Part shown: piece after piece, positions 1 to 10,573 of the stretch
Numbering within the stretch: the first letter of the stretch is position 1
How the letters are laid out: each line of letters opens with the position of its first letter
Assembly (NCBI GenBank): GCA_021775965.1
Contig: JAJFGV010000008.1
Span: 4,662-68,661, forward strand
Direction: 5' to 3'
Origin: Alphaproteobacteria bacterium
GTDB taxonomy: Bacteria; Pseudomonadota; Alphaproteobacteria; Micavibrionales; Micavibrionaceae
DNA length: 64,000 bases
Program-made: the position numbers and the translations under genes
Notes under the pieces: generated by a model
Seen by the model: the letters and a program-made list of their open reading frames with translations, nothing else
Told to the model about the DNA's origin: nothing
Database searches by the model: none

Positions 1-775
1 GCAGGGCCGGCATGTCGTCAACGCGGCCGAGCCACTCAACGGGGTTGTCTTTGACCATCGTTTCCATTTTCTGTGCGGAGATTGCTTTCGGGTTGTGCGT
101 GGTTTCACCGCCGGCGATCTGGAATTTTGCATTTATTTTTTTGTTTTTGAGTATACGTGCTGCTTCGATAAAAATATCGATGCCTTTTTCCTGTACCAGC
201 CGTGTTGGCATGAGGATAAGCGGAATTTCATTTTTTGGTTCGGGTGTATATTGGAATTTCTTCAGATCAACGCCGGATCCGCGCACCAGAAACGCGTTGT
301 TTTCTTTGACGTAACCTTGTCTGCGCATAAGCTCTAGATCATCGGGGTTTTGGAAGATAAGACTGGTGTTTTTCCCCCGTAAAACCAGGATAAGAAGCGG
401 GCTGAGCAGCATTTGCAGTAGGGCGGCTTTGATGCCGGTTCCATAGAACAAATAACCAAGACCAGCCATGGTGTATATTTTCTTGTGGTGTAAGAACAAC
501 GATGCCAGGCCGCAGATGAAAGCATATTTTATTGTGACGGTGTGGAGGAGGTCTGGTTTTTCAGCTTTGATGGCTTTGCGTGCGACGTTAATCAGTGAAA
601 ATGAATTGAGTGTGCCGGACGGTTTGGGCAGGTTGACGGTTTTGAAATCGCCTAATGTTTCGCCCCCGCCAATCAAACCAATGGTGACGTCATAACCTTG
701 TTCTTTGGCGCCATAGGCCAGCGGCAGGCGGCTTTGTATGTCGGCAGCGTCGAAGATGTAAAGAATTTTGCTCAT
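1..775 (-). CDS. glycosyltransferase, GT-B family 1/4 type (5' part only; gene runs off the left edge)
   Basis: Absent from the ORF track because it has no stop in the window. My own translation from the ATG (cat at 773-775) reads MSKILYIFDAADIQSRLPLAYGAKEQGYDVTIGL...LILMPTRLVQEKGIDIFIEAARIL with no stop down to base 1. The N-terminal domain looks like a typical GT1/GT4. Confidence 0.6.
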   Translation of the reverse strand, partial: MSKILYIFDAADIQSRLPLAYGAKEQGYDVTIGLIGGGETLGDFKTVNLPKPSGTLNSFSLINVARKAIKAEKPDLLHTVTIKYAFICGLASLFLHHKKIYTMAGLGYLFYGTGIKAALLQMLLSPLLILVLRGKNTSLIFQNPDDLELMRRQGYVKENNAFLVRGSGVDLKKFQYTPEPKNEIPLILMPTRLVQEKGIDIFIEAARILKNKKINAKFQIAGGETTHNPKAISAQKMETMVKDNPVEWLGRVDDMPAL

Positions 776-779
776 GGCT

Positions 780-1514
780 TCACAATATGAGTTTCAGGGA
801 AACAATCAACAAGAATACAGCCAATATGCGTCTAAACCAAAGCTCAGGGATTTTGTAGTGAGCCTTATTGCCCAGATAAATACCGATACTCAGACCGGGT
901 AAAAGGCAGAGACCATAAATCAGGATTTGGGCTGTAAATAGTCCGTTTGCAACATAAGTCAGAGTCTGGGCGATTGCAGCGGGCAGATATGCCAACACAA
1001 AAAAGCGCCGCAGATATTGTTTGTTTAAAAACCGACCGAAATATGTGGCCATGATTGGCACGTTGATTCCAATAAATCCGCCAGCCAGTCCGGCAACCCC
1101 GCCGGTGAATATATCTGTGGCGCGTGCTTTGTCGGGTGTGCCGTCTTTGATTTGGCCGGGTTTTGGTGTTCTTAAAATAAACCATAGGGCGAGCACAATG
1201 AAGACGCAGCCCAATAACAATGAAAAGACATCGCTATCGACTATTTTCAAGGCCATAGCCCCAAAGATAGAGCCAATAAGCATGAGTGCGGCAATAGGTA
1301 TCCAGAATGTTTTACTGATGGGAGCTGGGTCAATTTTTAACATTGCCATGCCGCCAAAAATATTTGCAAAAGCGGTTAGAACAATTGCAAGCTTAGGGTC
1401 TATAACGAGTGCGGTTATTGATAGTAAAACGGTTGTTGTGCCAATGCCCATCAGGCCTTTAATGTAAAAAGCCAAAAACCCGGCGATGGTAATGACAAGG
1501 TATTCAAATTCCAT
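780..1514 (-). CDS. TSUP/TauE-SafE family membrane transporter (DUF81)
   Basis: 244 aa and highly hydrophobic with multiple TM segments. Gly-rich motifs (GLMGIGTTTV, GGVAGLAGGFIGI) are typical of TauE/SafE permeases. Confidence 0.8.
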   Translation of the reverse strand: MEFEYLVITIAGFLAFYIKGLMGIGTTTVLLSITALVIDPKLAIVLTAFANIFGGMAMLKIDPAPISKTFWIPIAALMLIGSIFGAMALKIVDSDVFSLLLGCVFIVLALWFILRTPKPGQIKDGTPDKARATDIFTGGVAGLAGGFIGINVPIMATYFGRFLNKQYLRRFFVLAYLPAAIAQTLTYVANGLFTAQILIYGLCLLPGLSIGIYLGNKAHYKIPELWFRRILAVFLLIVSLKLIL

Positions 1515-1572
1515 GAATGGAGTTTAAAGGGTTTTTGAGGTTAAAAGTATAAAAAACCCAGAGTTGTTTATC

Positions 1573-1938
1573 CTATTTAAATATAGGGTCTTGATTTGGG
1601 CTTTGGGGGACAGGTTCTTCAGAAGTTGGAGCGACTTCAGGTGCCGGACCTTCAGGTTGTTGTTGATCCATGCTATTAAATTTTTTGGACCATTCACCTT
1701 TTTTGCCGGAAGATAGCCCTTTTTCAATATCCATGCTGTGAGGATCTTGTGGCTCTTCAGTTTCAGCGAGTGGTACAACGGGATTTTCAGATTTTGAATC
1801 GCTTTGGAGCACACCGTCAATAGCTTGATATGCGTTACGAACACCGTCCAAGATAGACTCACCTATGTACCAAAACGGGCCCTTACTCGGTTTGATTATC
1901 TTTTGGTCTTGTCCCTGTTCTTCCTCTGCCATAGCCAC
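1573..1938 (-). CDS. hypothetical small acidic/Pro-rich protein
   Basis: 121-aa ORF in an otherwise empty gap. No recognisable motif. The overlapping alternative ORF 1524..1862 looks less protein-like. Confidence 0.3.
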   Translation of the reverse strand: MAMAEEEQGQDQKIIKPSKGPFWYIGESILDGVRNAYQAIDGVLQSDSKSENPVVPLAETEEPQDPHSMDIEKGLSSGKKGEWSKKFNSMDQQQPEGPAPEVAPTSEEPVPQSPNQDPIFK

Positions 1939-2004
1939 ACCCTTTTTTACTTATAAAAACTTATGACCATGATACGGAAATTTAATTAACAATTTGTTAA
2001 GAAG

Positions 2005-3942
2005 TTAGAGCCACCTCTCCTGCCAGGCCTGGAACATCAGCACGGTCCAGAGTTGTCCGGCGTGGTTGCTATGGCCGTCCAGATAATGTGCCCAGATATC
2101 GCGGATGATTTTGGTGTTTAGATAGCCTTCTTCATCCAGACGTTTTTCATCGAGTAAATTTTCTGCCCAGTCGCGTAAATCGCCGCGCAGCCATGTTTCA
2201 ATTGGCACGGAAAATCCCTGTTTCGGGCGATCAGTAAGCTCTTTGGGGACATGGCGATTTAGCACCTGGCGCAGCAGCCATTTGCCCTGACCGTTTCTGA
2301 TCTTCATGTTTTCGGGCAGGGTCCAGACGTAATCATAGATGCGCCGATCAAGAAGCGGCGCACGTGTTTCCAGTGAAGTGGCCATGCTCGCGCGATCGAC
2401 TTTCACCAATATATCATTCGACAAATAAGACAGGGCATCCCAATACATCATCCGCTCCGCAAAACTTATACCCTCCGGTTGCCATTCGGGATCGGTGAGA
2501 GGGGTGTGCACTTCACCGCCGCCAATGACCAGATCGGCAGGCGCGTCCCACTGGCTGATCAGTTTTTGATAAATTTCTTCTTGTGAATTCATGCCGAGGA
2601 TGCTGGCGACTTTGTGCATACGTTCGCCAAATTGTGGCTTTGAGGGTGCCAGGGCGTTCCATTTTTCTATGGACGTATTGCCCAGAATGCCGGCCAGCAT
2701 GCGGCGCACGGGTTGTGGCATGAAACGCATACTGCGCCAGAGTTTTGGGCCGATAAAGTGACGGTTATAACCGCCGAGCATTTCATCGCCGCCATCTCCG
2801 GATAAAGCCACAGTGACATTTTCACGCGCGTATTTTGAGATTAGATAGGTTGGTATTTGCGAAATATCGGCAAAGGGTTCGTCATAAATATCAGGCAACT
2901 GCGGAATAATATTCAACGCGTCTTTCGGCCCCAGATAATGTTCATGATGTTCAGTGCCGAGATGTGCGGCAATTTTTTTGGCGTGACCTGCTTCGTTATA
3001 TCCGGGTTCTTCAAAACCGATGGAATATGTTTTGACCGGTGTGGTTGATATTTTTTGCATGAGGGCAACGATTGAAGAGCTGTCTACACCGCCGGATAAA
3101 AACGCGCCCAGTGGTACATCGGAAATCATCCGATCTTTAACGCATGTGGTTAATAGTTCTTCAAATTCATTGATGGTTTCCTTGTCAGATTTTTTGACGT
3201 ATTTTTGTTGTTGTTCTTCCAGTGCGCGCAAGTGATGCCAGTAGCTTTCCATGAAGTTTTCAAGATCAGAGCCGGGGGAGATGAGATCGGCGCAAATGCT
3301 CATTCTAAACCCAGCCGGCAGGCTCCAGACACCTTCATAAATACACAAAGGCGCGGGCATGTAGCCATAGCGCATAAAGGATGTTAGCGCTTTGCGGTTA
3401 ACGATGGGTTTGAAATCAGGATGAGCCTGAAAGGCTTTGAGCTCTGATGCGAAAACCAGAGACTGTCCTGCCCAGCCGACATAAAGTGGTTTTTTACCAA
3501 GACGGTCGCGTACCAAATGCAGTTGTTTTTCTTTGCGGTCCCAGAGAGCAAAAGCAAACATGCCTTCGATTTTTTGTAGTGCAAGATTCAAACCCCAGTG
3601 ATCGATCGCCGCTAAAATAACTTCGGTATCGGAGCGGCCACGAAAGGTGACGTGCGCTTTTTCCAGCTCTGCCCTGATTTCAAGATAGCGAAAAATTTCA
3701 CCGTTATAACAGATGACATAGCGCCCGGACTCTGATTCCATCGGCTGGTGTCCGAGCTCGGAAAGGTCAAGAACGGCGAGGCGGCGATGACCGAAGACAA
3801 GCGGCAAATCCGGGTCCTGCCATGTGCCTGTGCCGTCGGGGCCGCGATGGGATAAGGTGGCTGTCATCGCGCCTGCCAGCCTGTCCAGGGCCTGCCGGTC
3901 CGATACATCTTTCGCGCTGTAAATGCCTATTATTCCACACAT
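2005..3942 (-). CDS. asnB: asparagine synthase (glutamine-hydrolysing), AsnB-type amidotransferase
   Basis: MCGIIGIY Ntn-amidotransferase start, SGGVDSS PP-loop, 645 aa. It sits next to a glycosyltransferase, as in polysaccharide loci. Confidence 0.9.
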   Translation of the reverse strand: MCGIIGIYSAKDVSDRQALDRLAGAMTATLSHRGPDGTGTWQDPDLPLVFGHRRLAVLDLSELGHQPMESESGRYVICYNGEIFRYLEIRAELEKAHVTFRGRSDTEVILAAIDHWGLNLALQKIEGMFAFALWDRKEKQLHLVRDRLGKKPLYVGWAGQSLVFASELKAFQAHPDFKPIVNRKALTSFMRYGYMPAPLCIYEGVWSLPAGFRMSICADLISPGSDLENFMESYWHHLRALEEQQQKYVKKSDKETINEFEELLTTCVKDRMISDVPLGAFLSGGVDSSSIVALMQKISTTPVKTYSIGFEEPGYNEAGHAKKIAAHLGTEHHEHYLGPKDALNIIPQLPDIYDEPFADISQIPTYLISKYARENVTVALSGDGGDEMLGGYNRHFIGPKLWRSMRFMPQPVRRMLAGILGNTSIEKWNALAPSKPQFGERMHKVASILGMNSQEEIYQKLISQWDAPADLVIGGGEVHTPLTDPEWQPEGISFAERMMYWDALSYLSNDILVKVDRASMATSLETRAPLLDRRIYDYVWTLPENMKIRNGQGKWLLRQVLNRHVPKELTDRPKQGFSVPIETWLRGDLRDWAENLLDEKRLDEEGYLNTKIIRDIWAHYLDGHSNHAGQLWTVLMFQAWQERWL

Positions 3943-4026
3943 GAGCTTAAATAGTTTTCTTTCTTTATCGACGTTCTGGTAGAATAAGGTTTATACCGGA
4001 AAACGGTAGGTTTGAGGAAATAATTA

Positions 4027-4611
4027 ATGGATATTGATCTTCTTTTTACGCCCGAGGGTGAAAGCGGGCTTATTTCAGGCGGTAATCTCGTTCAGAAAGT
4101 GGCCGGGGTTATTTTCAGTCTTGAGATGGGCACTCTCTCGCTGGAATTTGTTGATATGGATTATATCGATCTCAATATTCCGGTGGAAAAAGATTTCCAC
4201 GACGCGCTGGATTTTAGTCATTTGATCCATATCGGCGCCTATAGCAAAGACCATATCGCCCAAGCCTATCAGGTGCCTTTTATGATTGCCGATGATCCTT
4301 ACCGCGTTGAAAATGCTGGCGCGGCGGCGGCTGGTAATCCGCTCTTGGCGTTTGAGGCGTTTATCAAGCGTTGTAAGTTCGGCCAGCCTGTCCATCGTGA
4401 AGACCTTGGTGATGAAGATAAGATGGGCTGTATTCTTGGTGATGCTGTGCCTTCAAGCTTGGAATTTGCACCGCATCTGGCAAGACGGCGGAACTTTGAG
4501 GCCGCACCGAAACTGGCGCCAAGTGCACCCGGTATGGGGCTTGGTACGTCAGGCGGTGGGGGTGGCACGGTTTCGCGTGGCACGCGCAAGGATCCGAAGG
4601 ATACGGAGTAA
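4027..4611 (+). CDS. hypothetical protein with Gly-rich basic tail
   Basis: 194-aa ORF filling the asnB-mltG gap. No motif recognised. Confidence 0.45.
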   Translation: MDIDLLFTPEGESGLISGGNLVQKVAGVIFSLEMGTLSLEFVDMDYIDLNIPVEKDFHDALDFSHLIHIGAYSKDHIAQAYQVPFMIADDPYRVENAGAAAAGNPLLAFEAFIKRCKFGQPVHREDLGDEDKMGCILGDAVPSSLEFAPHLARRRNFEAAPKLAPSAPGMGLGTSGGGGGTVSRGTRKDPKDTE

Positions 4612-4614
4612 AAC

Positions 4615-5685
4615 TTATTTTCCCTGACTACGCCTGATCTTCCGCCACTCAGCCACGTTGCGGTTATGTTCTGCTAACGTTTTTGCAAAGATATGGCCGC
4701 CGCTGCCGTCTGCGACGAAGAAGATATATTCATGCTCTTCGGGATCCAGCACGGCTTCGATGGAGGCGCGGCCGGGATTGGCGATTGGGCCGGGTGGTAG
4801 GCCGGGATATTTATAGGTGTTGTACGGGCTGTCGATTTGGAGGTCTTTTCTCAGCAGGCGCCGCCCGAGTGGTCCCTTGCCTTCGTTCTTATGTTTGCCT
4901 TTGGTGATGGCGTAAATCACAGTCGGATCGGTTTGCAGTGCGATGCTGCGGTTCAGGCGGTTGATGAATACACCGGCAACGCGTTTGCGCTCTCCGGCGA
5001 CGCCGGTTTCTTTTTCAACAATGGAGGCCAACGTTAAAACATCGCGAACGGTTTTAAGCGGCGCGGGCGCGGGTGCGCACTCCATATCCATCATATCTTT
5101 GAGGGTTGAACCTGCCACTCTTTCCAGCAAAATACGGCAAGCGGGCAGTACGGTTTTTTCCATTTCGTTTTCCAGGCGTGTCAGGATTTCGCTGCGGTCT
5201 TCGCTGCGGCGGTAATCATAGGTGTTGGGCAGGAGAATGCCTTCTGTCGGAATGTTGGTGACTTCGCCGCTCAGCTCTTTAATGCCGTTTAAGATTTGTA
5301 CGACTTCATAGCTGGTCAGCCCTTCGCGGATGGTAAAGCGCCGGCCAAAGGTGGTGCCTTTGCGCAAGTTGTTCATAATTTGCTGTGCGCTCATGCCGGG
5401 CTGTAATTCATATTCACCGGCTTTGAGATGGCCCTGCGCACCCGAAACCATGGTGCCGATGATGAAGATGAAAGGATCGTGGACGGTTTTTTCGTCGTAG
5501 AGCGAATAGCCAATGTCGTTGAGGGGCATGCCGCGTTCGACTTCAAACAGATGTGCCTGTGTCAGTGGGCCGGGCCGCGTGAACTCATGATTTAACCACA
5601 CTATAATGATAAGCGCGAGCAGAACCGCCAGCGTAAAAGAGTAAACGAGGAAGCCGAGAATCAGTTTTCCAGCTTTGGAAGACAT
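4615..5685 (-). CDS. mltG: endolytic murein transglycosylase MltG (YceG family)
   Basis: N-terminal TM helix followed by a YceG-like domain (ASIVEKET, VFINRL, LQTDPTV, YNTY..GLPPGPI.NPG). The position downstream of fabF is conserved. Confidence 0.9.
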   Translation of the reverse strand: MSSKAGKLILGFLVYSFTLAVLLALIIIVWLNHEFTRPGPLTQAHLFEVERGMPLNDIGYSLYDEKTVHDPFIFIIGTMVSGAQGHLKAGEYELQPGMSAQQIMNNLRKGTTFGRRFTIREGLTSYEVVQILNGIKELSGEVTNIPTEGILLPNTYDYRRSEDRSEILTRLENEMEKTVLPACRILLERVAGSTLKDMMDMECAPAPAPLKTVRDVLTLASIVEKETGVAGERKRVAGVFINRLNRSIALQTDPTVIYAITKGKHKNEGKGPLGRRLLRKDLQIDSPYNTYKYPGLPPGPIANPGRASIEAVLDPEEHEYIFFVADGSGGHIFAKTLAEHNRNVAEWRKIRRSQGK

Positions 5686-5688
5686 GTC

Positions 5689-6960
5689 TCAAACAGCCTG
5701 CATAATTAGTGACGCATTGGTGCCACCGAAGCCGAAGGAATTTGTCAGGACGGTTTTGATCTTTTTCTCGCGCGCTTCGCCGGGAATGAGGTCGATACCG
5801 GCGCATTGCTCTGACGGGTTTTCGAGGTTCAGCGTTGGCGGCAACATGCCGGTCTCCAAAGCTTTCATTACGAAGATGGCTTCAACCGCGCCGGCTGCGC
5901 CGAGCAAATGGCCGATGGCCGATTTGGTAGAAGACATGCATATTTTATCCAGAGAATTACCGAATAGTTTTTTCACGGCGATACATTCAATGCCGTCACC
6001 GACGGGTGTCGATGTGCCGTGGGCGTTGATGTAATCGATATCTTCGGGATTGAGTTTGGCACGTTTAAGTGCGGCCTCAACCGCACGACGACCACCGGAG
6101 CCGTCTTGTGCCGGGGCAGTGATGTGATTGGCATCACCCGACATGCCGTAGCCGGTAATTTCGCCGTATATTTTTGCACCACGTTTTTTCGCGTGCTCGT
6201 ATTCTTCCAAAATGACAACGCCGGCGCCTTCGGCAATGACAAAGCCGTCACGGTCCATATCGAAGGGACGAGATGCCTCAGTGGGATTATCGTTAAAGCC
6301 GGTTGATAGCGCGCGCACGGCGGCAAAGCTGGCCACGCCCAAACGATTGACCCCGGCTTCTGCGCCGCCGGCGACCATGACATCAGCATCATCCAGCGCG
6401 ATCATGCGGCTTGCATCGCCAATGGCATGCGTTCCCGTTGCGCATGCGGTCACAACAGCGTGATTGGGGCCACGAAAACCGTATTTAATCGAGACATGAC
6501 CAGAGGCGATATTGATCAGCATCGCCGGGTTGGCAAAAGGCGATATGCGCCGCGGGCCTTCATTTGCAAGAACCATGGCTGTATTGTTCATCGTCTGCAG
6601 GCCGCCAATACCGCTGCCGATGATCACGCCGGTGCGCTCGAGATCTTCGTCTTCTGTCGGTTTCCAGCCGCTGTCTTCGACGGCCTCATGCGCGGCGGCT
6701 AGGGCAAAAATTGTGAAGTCGTCAATTTTGCGCTGTTCTTTTGGTGGAATAAAAAGATCGGCGTTGAATGCGCCGTCTTCTGGATTTTCATCTTTGCTGC
6801 GGGGAACAATTCCGGCGATTTTTGATGTGATGTCAGAGACATCGAAATGTTCGATTTTTTGAATACCGCTTTTTCCGGCGATCAGTTTTTCCCAATTGCC
6901 GGAGACCCCTGCACCCAGAGGCGAAACCATTCCCATGCCTGTGATAACAACCCTACGCAT
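5689..6960 (-). CDS. fabF: 3-oxoacyl-ACP synthase II
   Basis: ACATGTH active-site Cys region, HGTSTPVGD, NSFGFGGTN. Confidence 0.95.
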   Translation of the reverse strand: MRRVVITGMGMVSPLGAGVSGNWEKLIAGKSGIQKIEHFDVSDITSKIAGIVPRSKDENPEDGAFNADLFIPPKEQRKIDDFTIFALAAAHEAVEDSGWKPTEDEDLERTGVIIGSGIGGLQTMNNTAMVLANEGPRRISPFANPAMLINIASGHVSIKYGFRGPNHAVVTACATGTHAIGDASRMIALDDADVMVAGGAEAGVNRLGVASFAAVRALSTGFNDNPTEASRPFDMDRDGFVIAEGAGVVILEEYEHAKKRGAKIYGEITGYGMSGDANHITAPAQDGSGGRRAVEAALKRAKLNPEDIDYINAHGTSTPVGDGIECIAVKKLFGNSLDKICMSSTKSAIGHLLGAAGAVEAIFVMKALETGMLPPTLNLENPSEQCAGIDLIPGEAREKKIKTVLTNSFGFGGTNASLIMQAV

Positions 6961-7071
6961 TTTTTAACCTCCAAAAACAGACAGCCGCTAACGCGGCTGA
7001 CTTACTGGATCCCGTTTGTTTGTGTTCATTTTCGTTTTGCTCAAATTCACCAACGGGATGACGACGCTCTA

Positions 7072-7314
7072 TTATTCGCCAGCGTTTTCCTTGATGAAGT
7101 TGATGGCGTCGCCAACATTTTGAATTTTTTCGGCGGCATCGTCGGGAATTTCTACGCTGAATTCCTCTTCGAAGGCCATGACTAGCTCGACCGTATCAAG
7201 CGAGTCTGCACCCAGATCATCGATAAAGCTGGCTTTCTCGGAGACTTTGTCGGCCTCGACACCAAGATGTTCAACAACGATCTTCTTTACACGTTCGGCA
7301 ACGTCACTCATCAC
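7072..7314 (-). CDS. acpP: acyl carrier protein
   Basis: 80 aa with the [19 protein letters not shown] phosphopantetheine-attachment motif. Confidence 0.95.
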   Translation of the reverse strand: MMSDVAERVKKIVVEHLGVEADKVSEKASFIDDLGADSLDTVELVMAFEEEFSVEIPDDAAEKIQNVGDAINFIKENAGE

Positions 7315-7434
7315 ACTTCCTTTATCTTTGTTTTCGTCAAAATTATTGGTTTAAACCTTAATGGCTCAGGACTTTATCAGCCCTAAATCTTATTGCAAGT
7401 CATTTAACCCCAGCTCAGAATAGGTAGCATAGCA

Positions 7435-8124
7435 TCACCTGTTTTTCCAGCCTTTTCCGTGCTTTAGGATGGCCGGAATGTGGATAAGGGAGTCAATAAT
7501 TCCGTGGGCTCCGGCCTCATTCAGCCTCGTTTCATGGCTTTCAGGATGATGGGCTGTGCCGGTAAAGCCGGCCACATCCATTCCGGCGGCTGTGGCGGCC
7601 ATAATGCCGACATGGCTGTCTTCGATCACCAGGGTGTTCTCGGGGGCGGCTTTCATGATTTCAGCGGCATGTAGGAACAGATCAGGGGCCGGTTTGGGGT
7701 TTTCGACCTGGATCCTGGTGAAAATATGCGGCTCGTGGAAGAAATCGATAATATTCGTGATTTTGAGGCTTTTGAGGACGTTGGTACGCTCGCCATTCGA
7801 TGCCACGCAGATTTTTATGCTGCCCTGAATATCGGTGAGGATTTCATGCGCGCCGTGTACCACTTTTAATTCGGTGTCCATACGCTCGCGGGCGATATCG
7901 GTATAGCGCTCAATGAGGTCTTCTGGCATGGGCTGGCCGTGCTTTTCCTCCAGCCATATGCGAATCTCGGTCCAGCTTAGCCCGGCAAAAAGCGAATTGC
8001 ACAGGGCCGGGGTGTATTCGGCAAAGCCGGCTTCGTTGAGAAGTTCAGAGGTGATCACGCTGTAGACGCTTTCACTGTCGACCAGTGTGCCGTCACAATC
8101 AAAGATAATGAGGTCGTAGGTCAT
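7435..8124 (-). CDS. HAD-superfamily hydrolase (beta-phosphoglucomutase/phosphatase-like)
   Basis: DLIIFDCDGTLVDSE motif I and the later VIEDSHVGI motif. The start codon abuts the fabG stop with no intergenic base. Confidence 0.85.
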   Translation of the reverse strand: MTYDLIIFDCDGTLVDSESVYSVITSELLNEAGFAEYTPALCNSLFAGLSWTEIRIWLEEKHGQPMPEDLIERYTDIARERMDTELKVVHGAHEILTDIQGSIKICVASNGERTNVLKSLKITNIIDFFHEPHIFTRIQVENPKPAPDLFLHAAEIMKAAPENTLVIEDSHVGIMAATAAGMDVAGFTGTAHHPESHETRLNEAGAHGIIDSLIHIPAILKHGKGWKNR

Positions 8125-8862
8125 TTAAATCATGGCCATGCCGCCATTCACATGAATGGTTTGGCCGGTGATGTAGGCGGACTCATCGCTGGCAAGGTAA
8201 ATGGCGGCCGCGGCGATATCTTCGGACGTGCCCATTTTTCCGGCTGGAATTGTCGCGTTGATTTTATCTTTTTGATCATCGTTGAGCGCATCGGTCATCG
8301 CCGTGGCGATAAAGCCCGGTGCGATGCAGTTAATGGTAATGCCGCGGCTGGCGACTTCCTGCGCCATGGCTTTGCTCCAGCCGATCATACCGGCTTTGGA
8401 GGCCACGTAATTGCACTGGCCGGGATTGCCGGTGACGCCGACAATGGATGAGATGTTGATGATGCGGCCCTGGCGGCGTTTCATCATGCCGCGCTGTACC
8501 GCCTTGGCGAGTTTAAACGGTGCGGTGAGGTTTACATCTAAAACGTCCTGCCATTCCTCATCCTTCATGCGCATCGAAAGATTGTCGCGGGTGAGGCCGG
8601 CATTGTTTACTAGAATATCAATCTGACCCATAGCCTCTTCGGTGCGCTTCACCAGATCAGCAATCGCGTCGTCGCCAGATAAATCGGCCGCCAGAACGTG
8701 GACATTGTCGCCCAGCTCACCAGCCAGCGCGTTTAACTTTTCCTCATTGCGGCCAGAAATGCCGATGGTCGCGCCTTGGGCGTGCAGGGCTTTTGCGATG
8801 GCACCGCCAATACCCCCCGTCGCGCCGGTGACCAGAGCTGTTTTACCGCTTAAATCGAACAT
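8125..8862 (-). CDS. fabG: 3-oxoacyl-ACP reductase
   Basis: TGATGGIG Rossmann motif, NNAG, YVASKAG catalytic motif. Confidence 0.95.
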   Translation of the reverse strand: MFDLSGKTALVTGATGGIGGAIAKALHAQGATIGISGRNEEKLNALAGELGDNVHVLAADLSGDDAIADLVKRTEEAMGQIDILVNNAGLTRDNLSMRMKDEEWQDVLDVNLTAPFKLAKAVQRGMMKRRQGRIINISSIVGVTGNPGQCNYVASKAGMIGWSKAMAQEVASRGITINCIAPGFIATAMTDALNDDQKDKINATIPAGKMGTSEDIAAAAIYLASDESAYITGQTIHVNGGMAMI

Positions 8863-9062
8863 ATTTTTCTTCCTTTTTGATTATCAAAGCGCCTGATTTT
8901 CGGCGCATTTGTGTCTGAATGTCAACAAGGCTGAAAAATTATTGACATATTGCGTGTGCGGAGGGTATGGTGCCGCCAATTCATAAAAAATAACGTGTGA
9001 CTTAAGAAAAGTTATTGGGGACTTGTAGAAACCCTAAACGCAGTAAAAGGCGGTAAAAGCTT

Positions 9063-9617
9063 ATGAGTGAATTATCTGAAACATTAAAAACAGCCGCAGA
9101 ACTTGTGGAAGACACTCTTGTTCCAGTTACAACAGTTCCTTTAAAGGTTTTTTCTGATATCTGTGGTGTGTTTTGTGATGGCAATCCCTATGCTCCGGAT
9201 CATGATGTGGCTGAATCCTGGAAACAAATGACAGGTACTATAATAGGGGGACTTAATATAAGAAATAAAAAACGCTGGGCCCATCATAAGGCGGGGCTAT
9301 CGGAGATGGGTGCAGTGAGGCAACAAATTCAAGTAACTGAGGCATTGAAAAGTATTCATGCTGCACTGATTGGCCATCAATATGAATCTAATGATGTTCC
9401 TGTGATTGTTGGGAAGGATGCCCTTACCTTACTCTCAAAAAGCGATAACAAGTATTTATTGCTTGATGCTGCTTATGGCATGTCTTTAGCAAAAAGAAGC
9501 GAAGATGCTGAAAAAATTCGTGATGTTGTCATGCCCTTTATGTGCACGGCTGCCAGTAAGGGCTGGAAAGAGCCTGTAAAAAAACCGCGTGTTTTGGCTG
9601 AGCAAACTCACGGCTAA
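9063..9617 (+). CDS. hypothetical protein
   Basis: 184-aa ORF on the opposite strand, inserted between fabG and fabD. No motif recognised. Confidence 0.4.
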   Translation: MSELSETLKTAAELVEDTLVPVTTVPLKVFSDICGVFCDGNPYAPDHDVAESWKQMTGTIIGGLNIRNKKRWAHHKAGLSEMGAVRQQIQVTEALKSIHAALIGHQYESNDVPVIVGKDALTLLSKSDNKYLLLDAAYGMSLAKRSEDAEKIRDVVMPFMCTAASKGWKEPVKKPRVLAEQTHG

Positions 9618-9628
9618 TTTCTTAAGCG

Positions 9629-10573
9629 TTACTTCAATTTCTCAATCAAAGCCTCAATACCTTCCGGTGTTGAAACGCTTTCGCAAGTGATCTCTTTATC
9701 GATCCGGCGTGCGAGGCCGCTGAGGACTTTGCCGGCGCCGATTTCCACCATATCGCTCACGCCCTGATCGCGCATCCAGAGCACAGATTCGCGCCAGCGC
9801 ACGAGGCCCGTCATCTGATCAACCAGCAAGCCACGTATACGGTCCGTATCGTTTTCACCTTGTGCGGTAACATTGCACATCACCGGAATCGGCGGCGCGA
9901 TCATATCCGTTTCCGCCAGCGCCCCAGCCATAATTTCAGCGGCGGGTTGCATCAATGAAGAATGAGAGGGAACGGAGACCGGTAAAATAAGCGCGCGCTT
10001 GGCGCCTTTTTCACTGGCCAGAGCCACGGCGCGTTCAACCGCACCCTTGTGGCCGCTGACGACAATTTGACCGGGGGAATTGTCATTGGCGCATTCGCAA
10101 ATCTCGTCGTCCGCCGCTTCTTTGGCAATGGCTTCGACATCATCCATCTCTAATCCCAAAATCGCCGCCATCGCACCGGTGCCGATGGGCACGGCTTTTT
10201 GCATCGTCTGACCGCGCAGTTTTAAAAGCCTCGCCGTATCGGAAAGCTTTAAAGCGCCAATTGCAGTGAGGGCCGTATATTCGCCCAGAGAATGCCCGGC
10301 AACAAAGGAACAGGTCGTAGCGATATCGATGCCGCCTTGTTTTTGCAGGACCGAGATGATCGCCATAGACACCGCCATCAAAGCCGGCTGGGTGTTTTCC
10401 GTGAGGTTGAGTTCATCCTCCGCCCCTTCAAAGATGATTTTCGACAGGTTTTGCGAAAGCGATTCGTCAATTTCCTCAAAAACCGCGCGGGCCTCGGCAA
10501 AAGCCTCAAATAAATCTTTTCCCATATTTACAGATTGAGACCCCTGGCCGGGAAAGATAAAAGCTCTGCTCAT
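9629..10573 (-). CDS. fabD: malonyl-CoA:ACP transacylase
   Basis: FPGQGSQ start and GHSLGEY active-site serine motif. Confidence 0.95.
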   Translation of the reverse strand: MSRAFIFPGQGSQSVNMGKDLFEAFAEARAVFEEIDESLSQNLSKIIFEGAEDELNLTENTQPALMAVSMAIISVLQKQGGIDIATTCSFVAGHSLGEYTALTAIGALKLSDTARLLKLRGQTMQKAVPIGTGAMAAILGLEMDDVEAIAKEAADDEICECANDNSPGQIVVSGHKGAVERAVALASEKGAKRALILPVSVPSHSSLMQPAAEIMAGALAETDMIAPPIPVMCNVTAQGENDTDRIRGLLVDQMTGLVRWRESVLWMRDQGVSDMVEIGAGKVLSGLARRIDKEITCESVSTPEGIEALIEKLK

